Assembly: GCA_047967505.1 (NCBI GenBank)
Contig: CM106538.1
Strand: one strand, 5' to 3'
Length of the DNA: 64,000 bases
From: Dipteris shenzhenensis
Lineage: Eukaryota
Position numbers and translations under genes: made by a program. Below are positions 1-13,300 of the stretch, in pieces. Below the pieces are notes generated by a model. It made no database searches. It saw only the letters and a list, made by a program, of their open reading frames with translations, and was not told where the DNA came from. Every line of letters begins with the position of its first letter. Position 1 is the first letter of the stretch.

Positions 1-1240
1 TCTTTCAGCCACCGGGTCCTAGACCGCACCCTGGACAGCCATTGCTTAGGGAGTTCTGGAGATTGGGACCTTGGAATTATCTTGAGGTCCCTGATGCGTA
101 TCCTCTGTTGCTGGAGATGACTGTGCTGGTTTTACATCCCCTCGAACGAGGGTCTATCGGCTTGGTTGGCTCCCGTACCCGTCCTTTTTGGGGGTGCATT
201 TTGCCTCCACTAGAGAGGACGAGTGGACCCCGTCCTTGTTTGACTGTATGATGGGTGAGCAGATGTATCGCATGATGGAGCAGTGGATGGGTCCATAGGG
301 GATTGACTTATGGCTCAACCATGGGGACTCTGTCATTTATTAGCTTGGCTTTCCTGCATCGTGTCCGCGAGAGGGTTTGGCAGCTGTCGTGATCTGTCTG
401 CCCCCGGAGGTGGGGATCACGCATTTGACCTACTGGACGCTTCAGCTGCAGACTTGGGCAGATGGTAGATGGCTGGGACACTTCTCTAGGACAGCTATCC
501 CTCTACGGGTCATGATGCGGCATGATAGTGGTTGAGTCAATTTCTTCAGAGTAGGGACGGGGCGACTTCTCGAGTCACTGTTAGAGGGAGACCCAACGGT
601 GGATGGAAGCCTTGACTCATTACATTGGTAGTTGATCAGGATAGTGGGCCTTTTAGGCAAGTCATGGTTTATCGACCCCCCAACATCCTAGATCAGGAGA
701 CCCCTCGGTGGCGACTGGCTTTGGGAAGATCCTGAGGATGGTGTGTGGGAGATAGTGGCCAGCATCATGGCATGGAACATCTGGGTTGCACGATGCAGCC
801 TAGTATGGGAGGTCTTCAGGTTCCACTGGCAGCCACTCTGGTTGCTATTTAGCAGGATATCATCTATACTCAGCGCGCCATCTATTAGCGTGGGCCATCA
901 CATTCTATTTGGCAGGATATCATCTATACTCTGCGTGCCATCTAGGAGCTTGGGGCATCAGACTCTAGAGCTACCGCCGAAAGGTGGAAGAGTTTCTGCA
1001 AGGCATAGCCTGCAGGTATTTTTTACATTCTCACGCCACGAGGGATTCACTGGTGTATAGTCTCCCCCCCAAGGTTGCTAGTCCCTACCCTAGAGATACC
1101 CTAGGCAGTGAGTTTGGTTTTTAGGATGCAAGCTGGCTTGTGCCAAGCTTGAGGGTCTTTCGGTCGGCGCGTTTGGGATAGCTGACTTGTATTGTTTTTC
1201 AAGCATTGATAGAAAGCTATTTTTTCATGTTTAAAAAAAG
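1..1240 (+). mobile_element. Degraded non-LTR (L1-like) retrotransposon 3' remnant
   Basis: ORF 743-1060 contains WEIVASIMAWNIWVARCSLVW, resembling the W-x-IW-xx-R motif at the C-terminus of plant L1 ORF2. Broken Trp-rich frames lie upstream and an A-run near 1233. No RT motif is visible. Confidence 0.4.
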
Positions 1241-3479
1241 GTGTGCTTTGGCATACACCCACCATAAGAAAGGGATGTAAGTGCTCACTACCTACTCATA
1301 GGTTCCTATATGAGAACGATTCTCAAGTTTGAGGTCTAGATGAACACATGAGAATTATCTTAATTGTGAGCTATCTGCATTTCATACCATAAGAACCCTT
1401 GCCAGAAGTCAAAGACAAGATCCATCTTATGTGGGACATCAAGGAAAAGCAACCCAATTTACCCCTAGTTGTACATCAGGTCTACTCTTTGGAGAATTGC
1501 CACCCAAGAACACTAAACAATGAGCCCTTTGCTTAGATTCTTAGAATAGCCTTGCTTTGTAAAGAGTGCCCTTTTGATGGATCTAGACCTTATCCAATGC
1601 TAGCTGGCCCTAGGCTATTGCCAACACCCGGTCAGGGTACACTCCTACCCCCAATACAGAAATGATATTGAATATATCCGGCCTCTCTGTGGGGGCTCAC
1701 TTAGTGAGCATGTTTTCAGTAAGCAGAGACCCCAAAAGGTGCACTGCATTTATTATCATTGAAGATGCTAATTGAAGATGGGATACTAAGCGTCACATTA
1801 CTTGGTAGGAGTTGAAGTCCCCTCACTACTGATTTCTTACATTTTTCCAACTCCGATTGGGTAAGGTTTGCAAGAGTAGCCCTACACTCTAGGTCCATAG
1901 TTTTACACAGATATCAAGAATTTGAGGGGAGGATAAGGGAATTTGAGAGAGAAGTTCATTTTGTAGAGGGATAGTTAAAACTTTCAAAAGGCTTGAAGCT
2001 CCTTCACTATGGATTTGAGTTCTTGATCATTTCCAAGGAGTTTATGTGATAACACATGGAAGTCATAGGAAGAGATGAAGGGAATGATGGATCTTGGCTA
2101 ACAAGTTGCCACTAGTCCTCACAAACTCTTCCAAATCCTTGGCATCCTTAGCTAAGATTTATTCTAATTCATTTAGGATATCCACCAAGTGGACTCGTCA
2201 CTCAACACATCTTTGCAAAAAAGTAGACTCAACACAAAAGACTCTGAATCCTTTCTGTCAAGCTGATCTAGTCATTTATCCCAAGTGTGGATACTAGTGT
2301 ACGGGTGATGGATGATTTTTAATGCTCCAGGGGGTGTATCTATCACCTGTCACCATTCAACGAAAAACCATTGTTGATTTCTTGGTGGGAAGAAATTCGA
2401 GGATGATGCATCATACTTGTTAAGATGAGATAATAATGACGCTGTACAACGTGGACACAATTCTACAGTTAAGCTGGGAGTATCATGTAGATAAAACAAA
2501 ATGAACCTAAAAGATGTTCTCAATTTTTCAGCCACTGGAAAAGGAGTAACACCTTATATCAATGCTTGCATCATCATAACCTTGTTGCAACCTACAAGTA
2601 GACCATAAGACAGCTCACATAGGTAACACTAATTGCATTATTGCTGGAGCTAGAGATAATCAACAGTGCTTTTTGTAACTGAGGTATACTAGTGGTAAGC
2701 AACCCTATAATCTATTAATATTCCCTTAGGTTAACAAACCAAAGACAACTAGGAAAGTGGTAGATTGGAGATAGACTGAAACAATCTCCAAATAGAAGAG
2801 TTTTTTATAAAGCCGTCTAAGCTACAGTGCAAGACAGTAAAGTAATGCATGTACAATACTAGCCGGCATCTTTTACTAGACTGCAATAAAAGATGGGTAA
2901 AGCATAATAGCTAATGTCAACATTTGACCCCCTTCATTGGGCATCTTCAACATACAAATGTAACTGTTAATTTCAAGAAAACGTCTGTCATAGTAATAGG
3001 AACATCCAAATTTTTAGGACATAGATAGGTCCTTAATGAGAATATGGGCTAACACAAAAGCACAGCTATAAGGGAAGCCTCATGATTATACAGACTACAG
3101 GAAGAAAATCGCATGTTTTGAGCATTGTCATGATTAGTCAAGCAATATTCTTGTTCCCAAGCAAGAGCATAAATGCATATCCCTTTCTAACTAGGCATAA
3201 AGGGTAAGCCTATAAACATAAAATCCACTCTATAGGTTGTGTATCTGTAGCAGCATAGCAAAAATCTCTTTATACCTGTTATAAAAACACTATCACTGGC
3301 GGATCCCGTCAAAACAACCCAAAAGGAAACACATTACCAAAATTTGTGGCTTTTAAAGAGCTGTCCATACAAAAATCCATCCAAAAGTGGACTGCAGCTC
3401 ATATTAAAGTAGAAAAGAGCCATAGATTTAAAGTTTAGTGCTGTTAAGTCAAGAATTAGAATGCAGGGGCAACAGAGTA

Positions 3480-4990
3480 TAACCAATCCCCTGGATCACC
3501 TGTAGAAAGTCACAGACTAGAAAGCTTGCATCCAAAGGGAATTACACGATGTGTTTTAATCTACAAGATAGTGTCCTCATGCATTCAAGAAAGACAACTT
3601 GCGAAGAACATGCCAAAGCTATTTGGTATATCGGTGGTTATGAGAAGATAAACATGTCATTTGTTCCCATAGCTTTCCATCGGCTCTTTTCTATTGGGCA
3701 TGTGTGATTGATAGATGTACCAAATGAAAACACACTCAATCTTAGGTTGGTAGCCCAATATTTCCTGACAGGCCATGTAACAGGCATCCATGAAACACTT
3801 AGTAACAGCAGGCGTATGAGGGATTCTCCTTGTGCACCTTCTCATCCAACCAGTCACAAAAGGATCACATAAGCTTGTAGATCATTTTTGCAATGTTTCC
3901 ATGAGCCAATGGCCATTTCCCAGAAACGTACTCAAGAAATGTTACTCAACCGACAGAGAGAAATCAGCAGACATGGTGTTTTCACAACATGTGAATGACA
4001 AGCGTTGGATTCCCTGAAAAATATTCCACATTTGAGGGAAGCATATGCTCCTTATCCAAATGAGATCGGGCGAAACGGCAGGGTAAGCATGATAATTGGT
4101 TTGCCAGGGGGATAGCAACTGACATTGAGACATCATCTACCCAAATGCAAATGAGTAGTCCAAATGGAAAGAAATTCAAGGAAGAATCCACTTGAGCGTG
4201 GATATGAAGATTAAATGTTCCTATTCAAACCACAAATAAGCAAGATAAATGGAATATGGGAAGGGAAAAACCTGTTGATTGATGAGGACAGAGACAGAGG
4301 AAGTGTTAAGACTATTGCCATGCCATCCAATAGGAGCTCTTAATTCTTGTCAATGGGGTGTGTATGTTGCAAGGGTGAGATTACCTTGTCTGTTAGCAAA
4401 TATAAAGGACCACGTACCCATGAAATGGCAGGAATCTGGTGCATTGCCATCTCCCTGGATACATGCAGTGATCTATGTTCCAAAATGTGATCCTACATCA
4501 AAGATCGATGCGGCACCATCAAAGCCTATATACAAAACAAATCCACAGATTATATAGGTAGGATAAAGCTCCATGTGTGATGTGGTCTTCTATCCAAGGG
4601 AATCTCTCCATGAGGTCTCTTCCATAAACATAGAATGTATTTTCCATAGGCTGGAATCTCTTTGCAATAGAAGCTACAAGAAAAGTCTAAGATTACTTCA
4701 AGGGATTGCCCAGAAAACAGCGCCCAAGTTTTTGTGTAGTTAAATACTATCTCACTCAATAGTGCTAGAATTGCACTTGGGAGGTGACGACATTGGGCAG
4801 GCAGAATAGATGAGATGGTCTATCTTTCCTTCTAGTTGCACTGACATTGCACCTATAGTGAAGCCTCATGCATCCACATGCACATGGAATAATAGGTCCC
4901 ATCTTGGATGGTGGATTATGGGAGAACACTTCAACTCTTGGAAAGATTAGCATATCTCATTGCTCCAGAAGAACCAACGTCAATTCCAAG
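3480..4990 (-). pseudogene. Possible heavily decayed DDE transposase remnant (CMC/Plavaka-like)
   Basis: Across frameshifts the minus strand gives ordered fragments: ICIWVDDVS, LPSNVEYF, FLGNGH..CDPF..RRC, HEDT..H..IPFGCK. These loosely follow the order xLxxDDxSG / NIxF / GDNP..CRxC / HxDTPVExLH..LG seen in some CMC-type transposases. The match is weak and by eye. Confidence 0.25.
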
Positions 4991-7882
4991 TGAATTTGTA
5001 CAAAGGCTCAACAGGTCGAGCAAGTTCTTTGGTGAACGCAAAAAGGTCACAAAATTAATGAATGACCTCAACTGATGGATGACCTAAATCTTGGACCTCT
5101 TAACCATGATGGTCCCATCTCTGGAGATGGTGCAACCTTGTAGAACTCCTGAATGATTATAAAAAATAATTAAAATTAAGTGTAGCAAGCTCACCACAGC
5201 CTAGGCCATGCAGCAGAAGGTTTCTTGCTCAAGATCCTACCTTGAGATGGATCACACATTCAACATAGAACTTAAGAGCACACATAAATCTAGCCATAAA
5301 TCTAGCTAGATGTATTGAACAACGATATTGACAACCCAGTAGAAGGAATATATCCGGCTCTAAAAGGACAACCTACATACAAAAGGTTACCCCCTCAGCC
5401 TGTGTGCTGCTCCACTGATTAAGAAAACATGGGCTCCAACTGCTGCACACTCTGGTGCTGTGTGTCCTAGTATAAGGGCTTCACTAGCTGCAAGATTAGA
5501 TGCCTTAATAAAGACTTAAGGCGCCCTTTTTATATGTGAGGAGCTGGCTACCCCCCACCCTGCAGATCTGGCGAACCTGCCAACCTGTAGTTATGCTAAC
5601 CTGCCTTTAATGGTTGACCCAATCGGCCCCATAGATTGGCTGACCAGTGTAAGGGTCTTTTAGTCCACTTCTCTACTCAAAGTTGGGCCTCATGCTTAGC
5701 CATGGCCTACTTGATCTCCCCAGATCTGCAACAGATCTGCCCTTGTCCAGGTCCAGAACTATGCCATTACATATGCAGCCCACGTGGCTGATCTTTCTCC
5801 TCCATATCTCGGCCAGAATGCTCCGCATCTTGCAGCCATTCCTGCTACCAAAGTGGCAGCCCACCATCTATTTGTAGATCCAGCACTATCAGCGTATCTG
5901 CTGACCACATGGCAGTCCAGATGTTGGGCCATTTCCACATTGATCTGTCCATATGGCACCAGAAGCTTGAGCTCACTTGGCAGCCCCATCCTATGCAAGT
6001 GTCGTTCCTATTTCTTATACGGGGGCTCACAATTGGGGCACTGATACTTCTATTCCAACAGAACATGCACTTGGTAAGATTCAATGATATGCTCTTAACT
6101 TAGCACCTCTAAAAGACCTTTTCTAGGCAACTTTGTAGTGTATATACTGAAATAATCCAATCCAAGTGCCAAAAACTTGATCAAACTAATCCCAAAAGGT
6201 TTCCACTGTAAAACTTGGGAAATTTGACAGTACATTTTTTAATAAATCCTAATGGCATGACTCTTTAGGCATATGCTCCCTATTTGTGATGACACCCATT
6301 TTCTATCGGTCTTCCTCTAGAATTGAAATTTAATTGTAGATTCTATGGCTATCCATGAAGAATAAGCCTCATACCATATATTTGATCCTGTATGCTACTT
6401 GTAAATGGTATCGAGAAGGAGTCAAGCAGTATTTCTGCACTTACCTTTTTGCATCTGTTCAAGCACCACAACACTATGAAACATAAATCAGTCTTATCCA
6501 CGTCGAATTTCTCCTTCGTGGTCCTCATGAAGAACTCATTGATTAGCATTGGGAAAGACCTTACTAGTTGTTCATTGCAAGGGGATTTTTGACCTGGCCG
6601 ATGATCCTTGTGGTGAGGGATTTCTCTATACGGTTTGCTAGTGGGTTTTATTAGTGATTTCCTAATTGTGGGTGGTGCAGTTCCAAATCCAACACTTTCC
6701 CATTAATTGTCATGAAAAGGTAACTAGCCAAGGATATTCTTCAACACTATCTCAATCAAAGCTAGTTGCCCTTTCCTATATGCCACTTAAGTGACCTATG
6801 TATAGTTATTTTAGGAATCCTTGTTTTGAGGTTTGATTCTTTCCTTAACCTCCCAGATCTATCATGCATTGTTTACCTTAGCCCAATGCATTGTTTTACT
6901 TAGCCTCCCAAATCTACCTTGTATTGTTTACCTACCTATGCACCCTATTTCACTCTCACTTGCCGGATGTTTTACTTGAGGCAATGTATATATGTTTTCA
7001 ATCCTATCTAGCTACTACCCAAGTCGCTCAAATTTTGATTCAGCCTCCTTTACGTGGATCATTTTTATTGACTATACATGGACTCTCACTTAACGTCCGT
7101 TATATGAACTCTTGGTGTACTAATGCTAGCTCCCTCGATGGATAGTGTGAGCAATTTGTTTAGATATTCAATTAGTTAGTAGTTTGTTTAGCTCTTCAAT
7201 TAGTGCTAGCTTGATTGAGTTGAGATAACTGGTTAACCACCCCCTCTAGTTGTTGATATAGCGCCCTTATTGCCTCCCTAGCTCTGTACAACTTGGCCTA
7301 CTTCATGCATGGTCTTCTAAGTATCTCTAGTTATGCTTCATGTAGGCCATATTTATAAAGTTGAATCCCAGATTAAACACACAAGCCACTAATGTCAAGA
7401 GGATCCCTATCCAACTCTAGATCTCCACATTTCTCTAGCTAAAGAAGACATACTGGCCTCGCTTTGTAATGCTTGGAGTGGAAGGATGCAAGGGCTCGAC
7501 ACAAATATTGAATCCTCAGGGGAACCCTTGTCCTAGAGAATTATCCATACCAGGCGGGGGAGCCAAGAACTTTTGCAAACAATCTCTCCGAGACTCAAGG
7601 ATGGTGGAGTCTATCTCCAAGACTTAGGGATGATAGAGTCTATTTCTAGCATCCGCATGCCTGTCCCCTCAAGTGAGAGAGGGCTTATGCACGTGCCTCT
7701 ATCTTAATGGGGAGATGACTATGTGCTTTGAAAGATCTTATTGGGCCACTTTCTCACTACACCTAACCAAAGTGTGTCTGTTGCCCTAGCATGAAGCCGT
7801 CTTGATTTGAGGTGTGCAGATGCAAGAGAAGGGGTTGGTGCTCAAACTCCTCATGATACTGAGGGCTAGATCAGATGGGTCC

Positions 7883-8372
7883 TGACACGACCCCGCAGGA
7901 TCTGACCCTATCGTTGACCTAGAATCTCGTCCTCAATCCAACCAGAATCATAGCGCAGGTGCCTCGATCCTCCCAACCACCCTCGAGCACAGGGGCTATA
8001 GCTCGCTCATCCATAGGCACATATCTAACCCAGGCGTCCCATACCACTTGAGCTTGTCCAGAGGACCTTCGATACACCACCTATGATCCGCCATGTAGAT
8101 GGCCAGAGTCTCGACCTGGGTCCAAGTCCCATCCATCAGTTGAGGAGCGCTCAACTGATCTATACAATAGCACTAGCCCTCCCTCTATATAGAAGGAAAC
8201 TTGCTATCGATAGCACAATGCTATGAATAGCTCCCTCCATATAAAGCGAGCACTATATATGAATCAATCTCTATATATAGCAATCTCGGCTAAAAATAGC
8301 CATCCAGCCCTATGCTATCCCGTAACCCACATTCACCTGCTATCCAACCCTAGGTACACCATGCACATGACA
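7883..8372 (-). repeat. 3' LTR of the non-autonomous element
   Basis: Near-identical to 11167-11634 and adjacent to the PPT. Confidence 0.9.
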
Positions 8373-11166
8373 TACTCCCCTTCCTCTAAAGAACTCACTC
8401 ATGAGTTCACCAGAAAGCCCGAAAACTCTCTGTGAAGATGAGTCAATGCCAATAACGATACTCTGATTATCAGTTTGAGTGTGCTATACTTTCCATGAGA
8501 TTCAAATCAAAGAGAATCTAAGGCCAAAGCCACAATCTATGATAACCAACCCAAGGAAAGTAAATCTCTCAATCTAAACAAGGGTACATATCATCGAGTA
8601 GTCTCCTCGAGAAATCAAGTAACGCCTGAATCCACAGAGTTAGTTCCGGTGACATATCCGTACACAAGCATGGTAAAATCCGTACGTGAAGGTAAATGAT
8701 TCTATCAACCTTATCTATTGAGTTCTAATTGGGAATTCGCGAAAAAATATTCATCATGCTGAATACCCTTGAACTAAAAAATCTTAGGTTGAGATCGAGG
8801 AATCATTGTTCAAACAACTGCATCAATTGAGCCCCTCGAGGTGAATTCTGGGGTTGCAATTCCTATCAGCCCTAATTCTTGAATTACTTAGTATTCAGAA
8901 AATCCCTCAATGGAATACCCTTCTAATTCAAATTCTTGGGTTGAAATACATGACAGACTTTCCATTGTGGAACAATTAGGTATCAGTTCATAACTCATGA
9001 TGGAAGAATCTTCATGGAAGTATCAATGGGCAAAATCCTGACCAAAGATATGGTCCCCCTGATCTATCCTCGAAATGCCCCTACATGAGGATAACTAGTA
9101 AAATTCAGTTGGTTATATCCAGTCAATGGTAATGTTCTAGACATGTATATAGTCAACCATCATAGGAATAACATCCTATGTGATCCAAAGACTATGGAAA
9201 CATACAATCCGAAATCTCTTAAAACAAGATCCACTATCGAATATCCTGTATAAACTTGTGCACAATAAACCGCTCCGATCACAGGATCATCCAGTTCTTA
9301 GGATCTCTTATCTAGGAACATCAAGTTCCAAACAAGGCACTGACAGACCATCAAAAGAGATGTGGTAACCCTCCCTAAGATTGAGTCTAGACTATGGAGC
9401 TCCAGGGTTGAACCCAAAAAATACATGGCTTCTCTCAGGGTAAAGAATCTTAGTCAGCCCTCGTAAAAAATCTAATCAGGTTGCCCCCAATTCAATTCAG
9501 CCTACTTGTACTTCACCCTAGAGGTCCTTGGGTATTATTTCACGCTGGATTATACCACCACATGAGAGAATCTTAAATGTACCAGACCTTGGTGTCCCAT
9601 ACCACCAAAGTATACTGCAAATAAAAACCTTAGTGGACAATGAGTGACTCAGGGTAGCCAATCCCTCTTCAACTCAGATGATCCCAGATTGAGTCAGGGT
9701 GGCAAATCCGTTCTCAATCCTTTTCTTAATGTGAGTATATCACTCCCTTGTGTTACAATACTCTAACCAATAGGTCAAAGAAGAAAACAAGGAGGTATCA
9801 TCGCTAACAACTCTTGAATCTTGACTATCCATGACCTTGGGCCAAAAGAGTGAGAATCACAATGACCCCGCTTTTGGACATGATACAAAGCAGGTATCCA
9901 ACAAGACGCATCGTGGTCTAATCAATAAGAACCTTCATATGTCCAACAGTAACTCGAAGGAACGTCATAACTCACAATCACATCGAGATCAAAACTTCAA
10001 ATAGAAACCAAACAAGAATCTACGCACCAAGGTTCGAGAAAGGGCAATTCAATTATCTTAGTTAAATCCAGTTTAAGATGTAACAAAGTCTCAGGCATCC
10101 TCAATGTACCACATATCTAAAAAACATCAAGATATATGGAACAAAAGTACATGTTATATAATTTGAAAAAAAAACCCCATCAAATTATAGATGCCACAAG
10201 TTGTATACAAATCATAACCAAATTAACCAAAACCTGGTCAATTTAATAACAAGATAGCTTATAATTCATACAAAATTGGGAAACATCTTGAACCAAACGT
10301 GGTTCAAAAGATCCAGTCGAGCCAAAAAATAATTGGGTGTCTGTCAAACTAAGAATTTCAACTTCTTCATCGCTTCTCAATGACTCGGAAGTGGTACGAA
10401 GACTGTAAAACAAGTTGTCTACATTTAGAACAATATGAGCCTTCTTCAATATATTTCTGGTATTAAGGGGTTTTATAGTAGTGAAGAGCTGCCCAGAGTT
10501 CATCCATCAAGGAATCCATCTCTTGTAGCAGGTCATGAGGTCTATGATTAATAGATCTGGTCTCGCTTTTCTCCAACCAGCCAAAAATAGCCAAAATGTG
10601 CTAAAATCAGGCCATACGCTCCTTCGCAAAGCCAAGCGCTTGCCCCCATCATATCGCCCCTATCTCTAATGCCCGAATTTCCTAGACAAGCCGTTCTCTG
10701 TTGGCTTATGAATGCCCTCTCTTTCCTCCTACTTCTCAACTGCAGCAAATCTAGGTCGCTAGGGTAGGAATCTCATCCTTGAGAACCTAGAGTGAATTCT
10801 TTCCCTAACCAGCCTACTCTTCCCCACACAGCCAATCACATAAACAACCCAGGCATGGGAAGTTATAGGTCAGAAACAACACATACTTATATCTCTTGCT
10901 GAAACATCAAGTCTTCTCATCGCCTATCCTTCGTAGGGAATCTCAATTTCCAAATACGTAGCAACTGAGAGAGCACATAGCCTATGGACTTCTATTTCTT
11001 CCATAACTCTCCCAATCATGAGCGCACATCATCAGCCAACGTTTCAGCCCATACATGAGCGGAAATTCAGATTTGCAAGAGCAATCTCAAAAAGCATACC
11101 TGGAAGACATCTTTTCTACATACCTCGCGTTGAATTCCATCGTCATAGGACAGCTCTGATATTAAG

Positions 11167-11634
11167 TGACACGACCCCGCAGGATCTAATCCTATCACTG
11201 ACCTAGAATCTCATCCTTAATCCAACCAAAATCATAGCGCAGGTGCCTCGATCCTCCCGACCACCCCCGAGCATGTGGGCTACAGCTCGACTCATCCATA
11301 GGCACGTATCTAACCCAGGCGTCCCATACCACCTGAGCCCACCTATGATCCGCCATGTAGATGGCCAGAGTCTCGGCCTGGGTCCAAGTCCCATCCATTA
11401 GTTGAGGAGTGCTTAACTAATCTATACAATAGCATTGGCCCTCCCTCTATATAGAAGAAAACCCGCTATAGATAGCACAATGCTATGAATAGCTCCCTCC
11501 ATATAAAGCGAGCACTATATAGGAATCAATCTCTATATATAGCAATCTCAGCTAAAAATAGCCATCTAGCCCTATGCTATCCTGTAACCCACGTTCACCT
11601 GCTATCCAACCCTAGGTACACCATGCACATGACA
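11167..11634 (-). repeat. 5' LTR of the non-autonomous element
   Basis: Near-identical to 7883-8372 but lacks a ~22-bp segment. Adjacent to the PBS remnant. Confidence 0.9.
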
Positions 11635-13029
11635 GGTCCCCCAAAAAACGTTGCCAAATTCTAGGTAGACTCTTCATCAACAATAATCCCTTCTGAGAGG
11701 GGGAGTCTCTGAGAAGATCCACCTATAAGACTATTATCACTAGCCTCTTGTGTGAGGGGGTGATCCTGAGAAGCCCTCTTTGAAGCAAGAGCTACTAGGG
11801 TTCTGAGCTTGGGTGAGACCTCATAGTATTGGCTTGCCCAAATGGGCTCTACTCTCCATCTTTAGGTCTTTCATGGCAAGTCCTCCCTCTTTCCAGGTCA
11901 GGATCACCGTCTGCTAGGCGATTGTGGTTGTAGTGTTCGTCATGCCATTTGATCCTACCCATAAGAAGTTGCACACCAAGGGCTTGAGCTATCCCATGAA
12001 ATCCTCATGAAAGCACTAGCATGAGGAAATGTACCAGACTACGGCTAAGAGGACTATTTGGCCATGAGGGCCTATCTTGCAAGGTAGAGTTTGGCTAAGC
12101 TCATCTGCAAAAGCTTGTGCCATAAACTCTCTAGTAGAGGGACAATCTTTTGCACTGTTGAAATGTTAATGCCGCCATGGATGCCTAAGCACCTTGCTAT
12201 CTAACCGCGTAGAATCCAACAAAAGCAAGATCACCCCCCAATTTAGGATCTTCTTACCTCCTCAATCGCCATGTGAAGGCTAACTGATTTGGTCTAGTTG
12301 ATCTAGCCATAGTTTAGGACTTCTCTCGGTCCCAATCCATGGCCTCCCACAATGTGAAGATATTTCCCATGATACAACAAAATCTAAGAGGACTGCTATA
12401 GTTTAGGACTTCTCTTGGTCCCAATCCATGGCCTCCCACAATGTGAAGATATTTCCCATGATACTCGTTATGTGAGAAAACCTACTTGCATGTCATGAAT
12501 GATGTCAGTAAGATGAGGCGATAACTCTAGACTCAAGATATTGGCTAGGATTTTGTAGGTGATATCTAGCACGATGATTGGTGCCACTGCTGAATGTCTG
12601 ATTGATCCCCCCCTTTTAAGATCAAATAAATCCACCCTTGACTCAATATTGTAGATTGAGATGAAGTAAAAAGTTATAGAGAATTAAGAGACCGTTCAAA
12701 GTCATGTTATTGATTACATACAAATTCAACACTATTTGGGAGAATGGGTCTCCAAAGATGGCTAATCTTTTAGTTTTTATTTTTGAAAAGCAAGACAAGA
12801 TTAGAAATTATGTGACTTGATTTTAAACAATAGATTTTTGGAGGAGAACAATTCCCCTCTACTGATTTGCAAAGAAGCTTCATCCATGTTGATTTCGAGG
12901 TAAATTGAGAGAAACTCAGATTCAAGAAATGGATCGAGATCAAGACTAAGGTTCCATGTGTAGATTTTGAGAGGGCAATAATTGGAACTAAGATTGTGAT
13001 TTAGTATCATCTTCTACCTCCAACTAAGA

Positions 13030-13300
13030 TTGAGATCAAGATTAAGATTGAGCTTGTGATTGTGATCGTGATCGTGATCATGATGGTGATTGTGATCGTG
13101 ATCGAGGTCGAGGTCGTGGTTGTGGTTGTGGTCGTGGTCGTGGTCATGGTTGTGGTCACCATGGCCATTGCCATTGCCATTGCCATTGCCATTGTCATTG
13201 CCATTGTCATTGTCATTGTCATTGTCATTGTCATTGTCAGTGTCAGTGTTTGATATTGTGATTAAGATATGAGATACTAGATTGTGATTGTGATTGTTAT
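13030..13300. repeat. Compound hexamer microsatellite (GATTGT/GATCGT/GGTCGT/GCCATT/GTCATT)n
   Basis: Visible 6-bp periodicity with a unit sequence that drifts gradually along the array. Confidence 0.9.

Larger units (their letters stand above)
7883..11634 (-). mobile_element. Non-autonomous LTR retrotransposon (3.75 kb)
   Basis: Direct repeats 7883-8372 and 11167-11634, both TG...CA. 5-bp TSD GGTCC at 7878-7882 and 11635-11639. Minus-strand PPT at 8373-8387 (rc AGAGGAAGGGGAGTA). Decayed Met-tRNA PBS at ~11153-11164 (gctctgatatta). No intact gag/pol ORF inside. Confidence 0.9.

Noticed and set aside
3982-4191. Copia RT YVDD motif (WVDD)
   Set aside because: No surrounding Copia RT motifs (LYGLKQ, DVKTAFL) in the nearby frames I examined.
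13007-13253. Poly-MT/IV ORFs
   Set aside because: Translation of a hexamer microsatellite.
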